From a candidate division WOR-3 bacterium (GTDB taxonomy: Bacteria; Hydrothermota; Tepidihabitantia; Tepidihabitantales; Tepidihabitantaceae), in assembly GCA_039801225.1 (NCBI GenBank), contig JBDRUH010000002.1, positions 285 to 64,284 on the forward strand: 64,000 nucleotides of DNA, given 5' to 3'. Within the stretch, counting starts at the first letter, position 1. Every line of letters starts with the position of its first letter. Positions 55,737 to 64,000 of this stretch are shown here, piece by piece. The notes beneath the pieces are model-generated. The model worked only from the letters and a program-made list of their open reading frames with translations. It was not told the origin of the DNA and made no database searches. The position numbers and the translations under genes were made by a program.

Positions 55737-56077
55737 AAATACTAAGAACCGGCTTTGGCTGGATTGAAACGGAACGGGCTCGTTTTGACTTTGACATCCT
55801 CATTTATTCGGATGGACGGGTGGAAAACCGCTACCGTTATCGCATCACCGATAGTCACACCGTCGGACTTAAGGAGCTGCAAAGGCTCCTCGCCAATACC
55901 AGCGCCAAGGTGGTGATTGGCACTGGTCAGTCAGGAATGGTTACCCTTTCTCCCGAAGCGGAAAAGTTTCTCGCCCAGCAAAAAATCCCCTGTCATCTCG
56001 CCCCCACTCCGGAGGCGATTCTGATCTATAACCAGATGGACGACCCTAAAGTTGGAATTTTCCATGTTACCTGCTAA
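55733..56077 (+). CDS. Mth938-like (DUF498) domain protein
   Basis: 114 aa with FGWIE....FDFDILIYSDG and VVIGTGQSGMVTLSPEA..L....I. The pattern is recalled for Mth938/NDUFAF3-like domains. Confidence 0.5.
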   Translation: MKILRTGFGWIETERARFDFDILIYSDGRVENRYRYRITDSHTVGLKELQRLLANTSAKVVIGTGQSGMVTLSPEAEKFLAQQKIPCHLAPTPEAILIYNQMDDPKVGIFHVTC

Positions 56078-56091
56078 AACCGGTTAAGAAG

Positions 56092-56592
56092 ATGCGGCTT
56101 TACACCCTGGGCACCGGTCGTCGACCTCCTTATGAGTTTACCCGGATATTATATAAGTTTGGCATTCAGGTCCTCTTTGACATCCGTTCCCATCCAACTG
56201 CCACCTCGGACAACCTGGCTCATTTCTCCCGCGCCGCTCTGGAACGCCTCTGCGCCGAAAACAAAATTAATTACCTCTACCTCGGTAATGAACTAAGAGC
56301 GCCCCAACAATCGGCCGTCAAGGAGTGGATAGAAAGCGAAGAGTTCCATCGGGGAGTAAAGATAATAATTAGCAAAATTCCCACCCGGGTCTCTTGTTTG
56401 CTCTGCTCCTGTTACACCCCGGAGCATTGCCATCGGCTCATCATCGCCAACGAAATCGCCCGCTGCGGTATCCTGCCCGATTCCCGAATCGGCTCTCTTA
56501 ACTCACCGGGGCAGAAAATTGAAGTCGTCCATATCCTTGAGGAAAACCGGTTCTGGTCGCCAGGCAGCCGGCGTTTTAACCGAAAGAGATGA
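56092..56592 (+). CDS. DUF488-domain protein
   Basis: LYTLGTG.R...EF...L...[10 protein letters not shown] and [13 protein letters not shown]. Confidence 0.7.
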   Translation: MRLYTLGTGRRPPYEFTRILYKFGIQVLFDIRSHPTATSDNLAHFSRAALERLCAENKINYLYLGNELRAPQQSAVKEWIESEEFHRGVKIIISKIPTRVSCLLCSCYTPEHCHRLIIANEIARCGILPDSRIGSLNSPGQKIEVVHILEENRFWSPGSRRFNRKR

Positions 56593-57491
56593 TGCCCGGG
56601 GTGGTTGAAGAGATTATCCAACTAAAAAAGGAACGACGGGCGGTAATCCTGGCTCATAACTATCAAAACCCGGAAATTTATCAGGTGGCGGACTTTATCG
56701 GCGACTCCTTAGAACTCGCCCAACAGGCACAGCGGGTGGCGACCGATTTGATCGTGTTCTGCGGCGTCCGTTTTATGGCTGAGACGGCCAAACTGCTCAA
56801 TCCTGATACCCGGGTGGTTCTCGCCGAACCCGAGGCTGGCTGTCCAATGGCCGATATGGTTACGCCAGAAGGTTTAAAAAGAAAAAAGGCGGAAATTGGC
56901 GAATGTATCACCCTCGCCTATGTCAACACCACCGCCGCGGTTAAGGCGCTTTCCGACATCTGTTGCACTTCGGCCAACGCCCTCAGAATCGCCGCCTCTT
57001 TACCAGAAGACCAACCGATTCTATTTGTTCCGGATAAGAACCTCGCCCGCTATGTCGCCCGAGAAACCAGAAGAAAAATCATCCCTTGGGAAGGGTTCTG
57101 TTATGTCCACGCCTTCTTTACGGTTGAGGATGTCACCCGGGCAAGGAATGAATATCCCGATGCGGTGATAATCGCCCATCCCGAATGCCCGCTTGAGGTG
57201 CTAAATAAAGCCGATAAGGTTGCCTCCACCGGTGGTATGCTTAAACTCGCCCGAGAGTATGAGGAAATTGTTTTGGGCACTGAAGCGGGTATGTGCAATC
57301 GGATTCACCGGGAGTATCCTAAAAAAAAATGCCATCCTTTGCGCCGGACCGCCATCTGCGAGAATATGAAACTCACCTCACTTCAATCAATTCGGGCAGC
57401 ACTCCTCGGCGCAGTTCCGGAAATCACCATCCCGGATGAAATCGCCCATCGGGCAAGAAAGGCGCTCAGCCGAATGCTGGAGATTTCTTGA
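56589..57491 (+). CDS. nadA: Quinolinate synthase
   Basis: 300 aa with [39 protein letters not shown] and HPECP. Confidence 0.93.
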   Translation: MMPGVVEEIIQLKKERRAVILAHNYQNPEIYQVADFIGDSLELAQQAQRVATDLIVFCGVRFMAETAKLLNPDTRVVLAEPEAGCPMADMVTPEGLKRKKAEIGECITLAYVNTTAAVKALSDICCTSANALRIAASLPEDQPILFVPDKNLARYVARETRRKIIPWEGFCYVHAFFTVEDVTRARNEYPDAVIIAHPECPLEVLNKADKVASTGGMLKLAREYEEIVLGTEAGMCNRIHREYPKKKCHPLRRTAICENMKLTSLQSIRAALLGAVPEITIPDEIAHRARKALSRMLEIS

Positions 57492-57525
57492 CACCACTCA
57501 ATTAGGACCTTAAAGTTTTTTAATA

Positions 57526-58029
57526 ATGAACCTGATTTTAATACCGGTATTCCTCCTCTCGGGAGTTGACTTCGGCGCTAAGGTAGGCATTTCTTTTGCT
57601 ACTGGTGGTATCGCCAAAACATCCCGCTCCGCTACCACCCTGGGCGTTTTTGCTGGCTATAACTTTAACCGTTCGCGAGTAGAACTGGGTTACTCCTTTT
57701 TCAACTTCCCCGGTCGCTCCACCTTCCCTAATCAATTAGCCATTCACGAATTGGCGCTGCTTTACAACTACGAGTTTTTCCATCGCCCGGTCTGGGGGAT
57801 CGCCTTGACCGGAGGAGGCGGCTTTGGTTTTATCCGCCGGAGCCTCAAAACGTTCCAGGAGACCGGCACCGCGCCTGACGGTCACCTCGGCTTGGCATTT
57901 ATCCAGCATGAAGGCAAAAGCCGAATCGCTGCCGGTTGGGATAATATTATCTTCTCAGAATTTAAAAAGGGAGTGATTCACTTAACCTACTTCCCGACGC
58001 TCTATGTAAAGGTCGCCTATGCGTTTTAG
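57526..58029 (+). CDS. Small outer-membrane beta-barrel protein
   Basis: 167 aa with alternating hydrophobic strands, a Gly/aromatic-rich composition and a C-terminal ..VKVAYAF. Confidence 0.6.
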   Translation: MNLILIPVFLLSGVDFGAKVGISFATGGIAKTSRSATTLGVFAGYNFNRSRVELGYSFFNFPGRSTFPNQLAIHELALLYNYEFFHRPVWGIALTGGGGFGFIRRSLKTFQETGTAPDGHLGLAFIQHEGKSRIAAGWDNIIFSEFKKGVIHLTYFPTLYVKVAYAF

Positions 58030-58651
58030 ACCGGGCATCTTATTTCTCCTTCTCCTTGCCTGTTCCGACACTCTGCTTTTCCGTTCCAGCGCTGACTATT
58101 TCCCCCTTCGTTCCGGTGCCCAGTGGAAATATCTTCGTAACTGCTCAGACACCGTCTATGTCCAGGTTGACACCTCCTCCGCAGTTTTGCTTGGTCAAAA
58201 CTGCATTAGGGTCTATCGCAACTTCGCCCCGGAATATTACACTCTGAGTCCAACTGAAGTCCGACGGCTTTTTTTAGACATCTTTTCCCGCCCCGGAACG
58301 ACCGAAGATACCATTGCCTGGTTCGGACTTCTCTATCAACTCCCCTTAGTTCTCGGTAACAGTTACGAGGAGCGGTTTGATACCACCCTAATCTGGGGGA
58401 GCGATACGCTCAAATACTCTCACACCCTCACCGCCAAGGTAGCGGCGATTGTTGATACCCTTACCCCTGCCGGGACATTTTACGACTGCTATCGGATTGA
58501 ATTCAGCGAGAAAAAGATTATTGACCAAGAAACAACCGATGTGAAATTCACCGAGTTACTGGCACCAGAAACCGGTATCATCGCCCGCCATCATCCAGAT
58601 TTTGATGAGATCTTAGTTTTTTATCAATCTAAACCACAGCCAACCCAGTGA
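58019..58651 (+). CDS. Lipoprotein of unknown function
   Basis: The signal peptide ends in the lipobox LLLAC. 210 aa with no recognisable motif. Confidence 0.55.
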   Translation: MRFRPGILFLLLLACSDTLLFRSSADYFPLRSGAQWKYLRNCSDTVYVQVDTSSAVLLGQNCIRVYRNFAPEYYTLSPTEVRRLFLDIFSRPGTTEDTIAWFGLLYQLPLVLGNSYEERFDTTLIWGSDTLKYSHTLTAKVAAIVDTLTPAGTFYDCYRIEFSEKKIIDQETTDVKFTELLAPETGIIARHHPDFDEILVFYQSKPQPTQ

Positions 58652-58661
58652 AATTGGAATT

Positions 58662-59417
58662 ATGAGGGAAAGAGACTATCAACCGGTGGCACCAGCCTGG
58701 CAGCGCGACCCCGAGGACCCGGACATCTGGCGCCGTGTTGTGGTAATGCCCTCCTTGGCCCTTAACAAAGTGGAACTGGAGTTCTTGGGTGTCGTTGCCG
58801 GAAAAGCGGTATGTGTCTTGGGTGCGGGTGAAGGGCTCATTCCACTTGCCCTCGCTGCTATGGGTGCTAAAGTAACGGTCATTGACCCGACAAACAGCGG
58901 TCTGGATGTCCTTTTGGTCCGGGCACAAATTGTTGGTGTTGAGTTAGACTACCAGGAGGCGGAGTTGACCAACCTCCCTTCTCTGGGCAAACAACGATGG
59001 GAAATAGCCTACGCCGCTCACATCTCCGGCGGACTTGAGGACCTGGGAAAGTTCTACTCCGGGGTGGCGAAAATCCTCATACCGGAAGGTAGACTGGTAA
59101 TTAACGAGTATCATCCCTTTCGTCGCATCTGGCGCCAGGAACCGGGTTCACCCCGGGTTGCCCACTCCTACTTTGAGCGCCGGCCCCACCCTAAGGAAGA
59201 GGAAGACGAAGAACCATTGAGACTTCCCTGCGAACCCTATACCCTTTATACCTATCACTGGACAGTTTCTGATTACTTCTACTTTCTCACTCAGGCGGGT
59301 TTTCAAATTATTGGTTTTGAAGAAGTAGGCGACAGCCGCCAACACTGGGAGATGCCCAATCTCGCCGGTCTGCCCGAACAACTCGTCATTCACGCCAGAA
59401 AGAGGCGAAAAGACTGA
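58662..59417 (+). CDS. Class I SAM-dependent methyltransferase
   Basis: Motif I VCVLGAGEGLIPLALAAMGAKVTVIDP, later LIPEGRLVINE. Confidence 0.7.
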   Translation: MRERDYQPVAPAWQRDPEDPDIWRRVVVMPSLALNKVELEFLGVVAGKAVCVLGAGEGLIPLALAAMGAKVTVIDPTNSGLDVLLVRAQIVGVELDYQEAELTNLPSLGKQRWEIAYAAHISGGLEDLGKFYSGVAKILIPEGRLVINEYHPFRRIWRQEPGSPRVAHSYFERRPHPKEEEDEEPLRLPCEPYTLYTYHWTVSDYFYFLTQAGFQIIGFEEVGDSRQHWEMPNLAGLPEQLVIHARKRRKD

Positions 59418-59455
59418 TAGCAGAAATATCTCACGGCAAAAATAAGGGTGAGAAA

Positions 59456-61057
59456 GTGCTCAAGCAATGGAAAAATAAATTTGTCCTCCTCGTAACTCTC
59501 ATCGGTGCAGTGTTAGCCGAGGATTCACTCAACTGTCGTGAGTTGGGTAACTGGCCCTTCAGCGCCGCTAACGCGGTAGCGATAGACCCCACAAGGAAAA
59601 TTGCCTTTCTTGGCTCCGGTGGCGGAGTTTACATCCTTGATATCTCTAACCCTAATCAAATAAAAAAAATCTCTGAAGCGCTCCATACCCGGGGAATTGT
59701 CAATAACCTCTTCTACAGCGACCACCGGCTATATATTGCCACGGGCACAGGAGTGGAAATTTGGGAGATAACTACGCCAGAAAATCCAAAACTTCTTAAT
59801 AGATTCAATACCAAGGGAAAAGCCGAAGATGTGGTAGCGGTCAATAAATTTGCCTATTTGGCAGATGGCTATTCCGGTCTAAAGGTAATAGATGTCTCCA
59901 AACCGGAAAAACCGGTTGAAATCGGCTCCTATGACACACCAGACTATGCCAATGGTGTGGCGATTTCGGGTAAAACTCTCTATTTGGCAGACGGCTATTC
60001 CGGTCTGCGGATTATAGATGTCTCCAACCCCCAAAAACCGGTTGAAATCGGCTCCTATAACACACCAGGATTTGCCTTGGACTTGGCAATTCTAAATAGA
60101 TTTATCTATGTTGCTGATAGAGAAAGCGGTATGCGGGTGATAGACATATCTCGCCCTCGGAATCCTGTTGAAAAAGGAGAGTTCAAAACCCCGGGTGAGA
60201 CTTTTCGTGTGGCAATTTCCGGCAATCTCGCCTATGTCGGCAACAGGTATGCCGGTCTGCGGATTATAGATATCTCTGACCCTCGCAACCCGGTGGAACT
60301 TGGCTTCTGTGACACTCCCGGTCTCTCGTATGGGGTGGCTGTTTCAGACAAACTTGCCTATGTCGCAGACGGCGAGAGCGGTCTGCGAATAATAGATGTC
60401 TCCAACCCGCAAAATCCGGTTGAAATCGGTTATTATGACACACCAGGCTTCGCCGAGGATGTTGTGGTTTCAGGTAATTTTGCCTATGTTGTTGACTTTG
60501 GCGCGGGATTGCGGGTAATAGATATCTCCGACCCAAAAAAGCCGTTTGAAGTTGGCTCCTGCGATACACCCGGTGGCGCCTATGATATCATAGTTATAGG
60601 TAACATCGCTTATATTGCGGACTATGATGCCGGATTACGAGTAATAGATATTTCCGACCCTAAAAATCCGGTTGAGGTAGGCTACTACGACACCCCTGGT
60701 TTCTCCTATGGCGTTGCCCTCTCCGATAATTTCGCCTATGTTGCTGATGGCAAATCTGGTTTGAGGATAATTGATGTCTCAAACCCAAAAAAGCCCTTTG
60801 AAATAGGGCATTATCAAACCCCGGGTTTGGCTTATGGTATTGCTGTCTCCGGGAAATTCGCCTATGTTGGTAATAGAGAACCCGGGTTATTGGTGATAGA
60901 TGTCTCAAACCCCAAAAAGCCCTTTGCGGTCGGACATTATAATACTCCAGGGCTTGCCTGTTGCGTTACAGTTTCGGGCAATATTGCCTATTTGGCGGAT
61001 GTGAAAGCCGGTCTGCGGATAATAGAGTTTTATGGCCCGAGTGCTAAGAGCAACTAA
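59456..61057 (+). CDS. LVIVD-repeat beta-propeller protein (secreted, no T9SS CTD)
   Basis: A signal peptide and about 11 tandem ~43-aa units of the form GLRIIDVSNPQNPVEIGYYDTPG.A.GVAVSGN.AYVAD. Confidence 0.8.
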   Translation: MLKQWKNKFVLLVTLIGAVLAEDSLNCRELGNWPFSAANAVAIDPTRKIAFLGSGGGVYILDISNPNQIKKISEALHTRGIVNNLFYSDHRLYIATGTGVEIWEITTPENPKLLNRFNTKGKAEDVVAVNKFAYLADGYSGLKVIDVSKPEKPVEIGSYDTPDYANGVAISGKTLYLADGYSGLRIIDVSNPQKPVEIGSYNTPGFALDLAILNRFIYVADRESGMRVIDISRPRNPVEKGEFKTPGETFRVAISGNLAYVGNRYAGLRIIDISDPRNPVELGFCDTPGLSYGVAVSDKLAYVADGESGLRIIDVSNPQNPVEIGYYDTPGFAEDVVVSGNFAYVVDFGAGLRVIDISDPKKPFEVGSCDTPGGAYDIIVIGNIAYIADYDAGLRVIDISDPKNPVEVGYYDTPGFSYGVALSDNFAYVADGKSGLRIIDVSNPKKPFEIGHYQTPGLAYGIAVSGKFAYVGNREPGLLVIDVSNPKKPFAVGHYNTPGLACCVTVSGNIAYLADVKAGLRIIEFYGPSAKSN

Positions 61058-61128
61058 ACCTTTCTCGGACCCAAGACATTTAAATTTAGAATTTGCTTCC
61101 CTGATTTTTAAAAAATTTTCCACCTTCG

Positions 61129-61428
61129 GTTTTAAACTCTATTTTTACCTTTAATCTTATTTTTCTTGTTAAAACCAAAGTAATTTTCCTTTTTGCCTTT
61201 CTTTTTAAGTCTGCTCTTTAACCGCATTTTAACCCTCTTTTTGGTTCTAAACTTAGCGTTGAATAAAAAACCGCTCCATCCAACCTATCTAGACTATTTA
61301 TTACAACTATCCCTTCACTTGATTTTCTCTTTTAATTTAACTGTGATTTTAACATCAAACTTAACAACAAGTCCAAAAACGAGTCAGGAAAGGGTTTTAC
61401 CACCCTAGTGCTGGAGTGGACAGCCCCC
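61129..61428 (+). repeat. 300-nt dispersed element, copy 2 (candidate MITE or ncRNA)
   Basis: See copy 1. The core 61357..61428 is 68/72 identical to 27409..27480. Confidence 0.75.
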
Positions 61429-61559
61429 AGGCAAAACTGTCTTCAGGTTAAGTTATTTAATTACGACACTTAACTTAATTTTAGCCATCAGAATTTTGTG
61501 TATATATAAATACACTTAGCCTTAACCATTCTTTCCTTTGCGTGCTCCTCGCTCCCTCT

Positions 61560-61632
61560 CATTGCGCGCCTGAGCGATAACGAGGGCGTGGCAATCTCCT
61601 CAGTGAGATTGCTTCGCTTCTCTCGGAATAAC
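61560..61632. repeat. Inverted pair of GAGATTGC..-type REP-like motifs
   Basis: The reverse complement of 61560..61600 (GAGATTGCCACGCCCTCGTTATCGCTCAGGCGCGCAATGAG) faces 61604..61632 (GAGATTGCTTCGCTTCTCTCGGAATAACC). Confidence 0.65.
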
Positions 61633-61735
61633 CCGTTCCGCGCGGAGCGAGGAAACACTAGGTGAGGGGCGTGATAATCTCAGTTTTTTACAACATAAGT
61701 TATGAGGCAAGGCTTTAACAATAACAAACAAATCT

Positions 61736-61813
61736 GTAGGGCAAGAGTTTAGTATTCCCTGTTCGGATGCAAACCTTGGCAAATCGCCCCCGCATCGCGG
61801 GCAGGTCTGCCCT
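61736..61813. repeat. Diverged REP-like hairpin cluster
   Basis: GTAGGGCAAGAGTTTAG..GGATGCAAACCTT.. is related to 48746..48805. It is followed by the small palindromes CCCGC-ATC-GCGGG and GGGCAG-GT-CTGCCC. Confidence 0.6.
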
Positions 61814-61845
61814 TAACAAAATAAATAAATTTTACTTGACAAAGG

Positions 61846-61874
61846 GTAATTTTTAGGATATATTTTATCAAAGG
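61846..61874 (+). promoter_or_regulatory. Candidate promoter of the large T9SS cargo gene
   Basis: TTGACA, a 17-nt spacer, then TATATT, about 36 nt upstream of the ATG at 61911. Confidence 0.5.
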
Positions 61875-61910
61875 AAAGAAGATGCTAATAATAAAAAGGA
61901 GGTTAGAGTG

Positions 61911-64000
61911 ATGCACAATAAAGTAATCACCCTCTTTTTTGTCACAACCGTCCTTATTGGGATTGGCTGGGCAGCAGAAGGTATAGTGGCAGGAAAACTG
62001 CAAGGCATTCGGCTCCGCCCTGAGGATGTGCCGATTGAAATAACGCCAATGCCTTTCCTGTCTGGCGATACGCTCCTTTATGAAAACTTTGATGAAGATT
62101 GGGGTCCTTATGGTGACAACCCACCACCAGGCTGGACAATCATCGCCAATGGTGGTGACAACACCTGGAATGAGAACGACTGGAACCGGTATTACTGGAG
62201 TAGTTCTCAATACTATGTCGCCCGGCTTTACTGGTACCCTTATGACACTGGTGAAGACATCCTGATGTCACCGGTTATCAACTGCAGCAACTACTGCAAT
62301 GTGAAACTCAATTGCTGGACCTATGCTAGTTTCTCTACCGGTAAATATGACTGGAAGATTTGTGGCTCAACCGATGGCGGCTCAACCTGGCCCTACATGA
62401 TCAGAGACTATGGCTTATCAAGTTTCGGTCCTGGTTACGAAACCTTCAACCTTGACTGGGCTGATGGACAACCCAATGTCCGGATTCGCTGGCGCGGTGA
62501 TGGCGACATACACAATATCAACTATTGGATGGTTGATAATATCCAGGTATCCGGTGACCTGAGAGTGGCAAACGATGTTGCGGTAACAAAAATCATCTCG
62601 CCCTCGGTGAAACCGTTCTGGCCCTGGGGTGACACTCTCTACCCGGTTTGCGAGGTTACAAACTACGGCACAAACCCGCAATCCAATATCCCGGTGCGCT
62701 GTAGGATGTGGGACACTTTAACTCATTCAATCGCCTATAACGAAGTGCAGACTGTTGGTCCACTTGAGCCAATGCAGAAGTGCACCGTCTACTTCACTCC
62801 CTTCTTACCGCCTCCCTTTGAAGAACATTTCTTTGTTGACACGATGCGCACTGAACTTTCTGGCGACGAGAAGCCGGAAAATGATGCCAGAATTATCACT
62901 CACAAGGTTACCGTATGGTACAAAGCCTGGATGAAAAACCACGACGGGAGTTTTGAGAGCGGCATCCAATGGACTTCTCCGAATGGCGAATGGGCATCAA
63001 GATTTGCTCAGACACCCTCCTCAAACTTAACGCTCTCTAAAGTTGGTCTCTGGGTATGGGTTTCGGGAAATAACGCCTGCCCGGCTCAAATAATAATCTA
63101 TGGCTGGACCGGCTCAGCACCGAAATCCGACCCGATAGCGGTAAAGGATGTTAACCTCCAATCCGAGCACAATGTCTTTGACTTTAATGTTACTGTTCCT
63201 GATTCGCCCTTTGTTGTCTCTGTCAAGCAATTGAGCGTTTCTCCCATCTTCGCTGTCGGAATGGACTATAACGAGCCGATTGACGACAACGACGCCTGGT
63301 GTCGGCACCCCACTTATACCGGAAATACCTGGCGGAGAATGCGGGATTATTCCGGCTATCATTGCAACTTGAGCCTGGAGGCTGGGTATGAGGGATGGCT
63401 GATTGATGCGGCACTTAAAGGTTTTCCTTTCCCGGATACTTTAAATTCCGACACGGTCATCAACTTTGCCATTGAGGTGAAGAATGCCGGTCTGGTTGCC
63501 CGCAATAACATCAAGGTCAATATGTTCTTCATTCACGACCCGGATGGCGAGACGCTCTTTGCCCTTGAAGGTAACACCGGACCAATCAACGCTGGGCAGA
63601 CCAAGACGGTAACCTTCCCGGACACCTGGAGAACCCAACCGGGGAAATACATCTTTGCCGGCTATACCCAACTTCTCTACGATAAAAACTATGAAAACGA
63701 CTCCTGCCAGCAGGCTATATTCATCCGAAGGGCTCCCGGTGTAATGGAGGAGAAGGTTGAGACGGATAGATTCTGGTTCACCATTTTGCCCAATCCGCTG
63801 ACTAAAGGCTACGGACTTTTGAGTTACAGCGTGCCCCAGGCAGGAAATGCACGGTTAAAGGTGTTTGATGTTACCGGTAGAAATATCCTGGACTGCTCAT
63901 TTATTGCTTATGGAACCGGAAAAAGAAAAATTGACCTGCGCCAACTCCCTGCCGGCGTCTATCTGGTGAGGTTCTCCAGCAACGGGCAGAACGCTATACA
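61911..64000 (+). CDS. Large secreted T9SS cargo protein (3' end just beyond the window)
   Basis: This ORF is missing from the track because it has no stop codon within the window. I hand-translated it from the ATG at 61911, which follows AAAGGAGG: MHNKVITLFFVTTVLIGIGWAAEG... and the frame stays open to 64000. The final ~80 aa (FWFTILPNPLTKGYGLLSY..LKVFDVTGRNIL..LPAGVYLVRFSSNGQ) form a T9SS CTD. The internal segments are CARDB/MAM-like. Confidence 0.8.
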   Translation, partial: MHNKVITLFFVTTVLIGIGWAAEGIVAGKLQGIRLRPEDVPIEITPMPFLSGDTLLYENFDEDWGPYGDNPPPGWTIIANGGDNTWNENDWNRYYWSSSQYYVARLYWYPYDTGEDILMSPVINCSNYCNVKLNCWTYASFSTGKYDWKICGSTDGGSTWPYMIRDYGLSSFGPGYETFNLDWADGQPNVRIRWRGDGDIHNINYWMVDNIQVSGDLRVANDVAVTKIISPSVKPFWPWGDTLYPVCEVTNYGTNPQSNIPVRCRMWDTLTHSIAYNEVQTVGPLEPMQKCTVYFTPFLPPPFEEHFFVDTMRTELSGDEKPENDARIITHKVTVWYKAWMKNHDGSFESGIQWTSPNGEWASRFAQTPSSNLTLSKVGLWVWVSGNNACPAQIIIYGWTGSAPKSDPIAVKDVNLQSEHNVFDFNVTVPDSPFVVSVKQLSVSPIFAVGMDYNEPIDDNDAWCRHPTYTGNTWRRMRDYSGYHCNLSLEAGYEGWLIDAALKGFPFPDTLNSDTVINFAIEVKNAGLVARNNIKVNMFFIHDPDGETLFALEGNTGPINAGQTKTVTFPDTWRTQPGKYIFAGYTQLLYDKNYENDSCQQAIFIRRAPGVMEEKVETDRFWFTILPNPLTKGYGLLSYSVPQAGNARLKVFDVTGRNILDCSFIAYGTGKRKIDLRQLPAGVYLVRFSSNGQNAI

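Noticed and set aside
61775-61800. Sigma-54 promoter candidate TTGGCAAATCGCCCCCGCAT upstream of the T9SS cargo gene
   Set aside because: The GG-to-GC spacing is 12 nt rather than 10 and the -12 element lacks TTGC. A good sigma-70 promoter lies closer to the gene.
61749-62210. 153-aa minus-strand ORF
   Set aside because: It overlaps the promoter, RBS and 5' end of the well-supported plus-strand T9SS cargo gene (ATG 61911). Its 3' part is repeat-derived.

Overview
This 64-kb window appears to come from an uncultivated-type bacterium of roughly mid GC content. At least five secreted proteins end in type IX secretion (T9SS/Por) C-terminal sorting domains, which by inference suggests an FCB-group or Bacteroidota-related candidate phylum. 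No database search was possible, so all family names rest on motif recognition from memory.

Housekeeping core:
- A tRNA-Thr/Tyr/Gly/Thr-tuf operon is followed by rpmG, tRNA-Trp, secE, nusG, rplK, rplA, rplJ, rplL, rpoB, rpoC, rpsL and rpsG (5.9-19.8 kb).
- Next come recJ, two small paralogous membrane proteins, and an overlapping ppdK-pckA pair with DUF2905 and DUF2007 genes.
- Then a LolA-like gene, plsY, a GT2 gene, tRNA-Ala, a TPR lipoprotein, an HNH gene, a BamA-like gene and uppP.
- nusA-infB-DUF503 sits beside a divergent initiator tRNA.
- The remaining core genes are tldD and pmbA, a TPR-containing sigma-54-type activator, amrS, DUF362, scpA, Mth938-like, DUF488, nadA, an OMP, a lipoprotein, a SAM methyltransferase and an LVIVD-repeat protein.

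Accessory or unusual content:
1. At 1.6-4.2 kb there is a translationally coupled two-gene cassette whose products look like the uncharacterised Nmad3 and Nmad2 families. It lies next to a DUF433/DUF5615 toxin-antitoxin pair. Both units are driven from the same promoter-bearing repeat. This is my best candidate for an undescribed system.
2. At 27.1-29.4 kb an AT-rich islet holds two DNA-methyltransferase wrecks around an intact nuclease-like ORF.
3. An orphan HerA/DUF87-type ATPase lies beside tldD/pmbA.
4. A 276-300-nt element with a 72-nt, 94%-identical core is present twice.
5. A mosaic family of REP-like hairpin repeats, some carrying outward promoters, fills the intergenic regions around accessory genes.
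6. Heptanucleotide tandem repeats are embedded in-frame in rpoB and rpoC and span the rpoB-rpoC junction, and a related 21-nt duplication forms the infB tail.

No rRNA, CRISPR array, transposase or prophage was seen.
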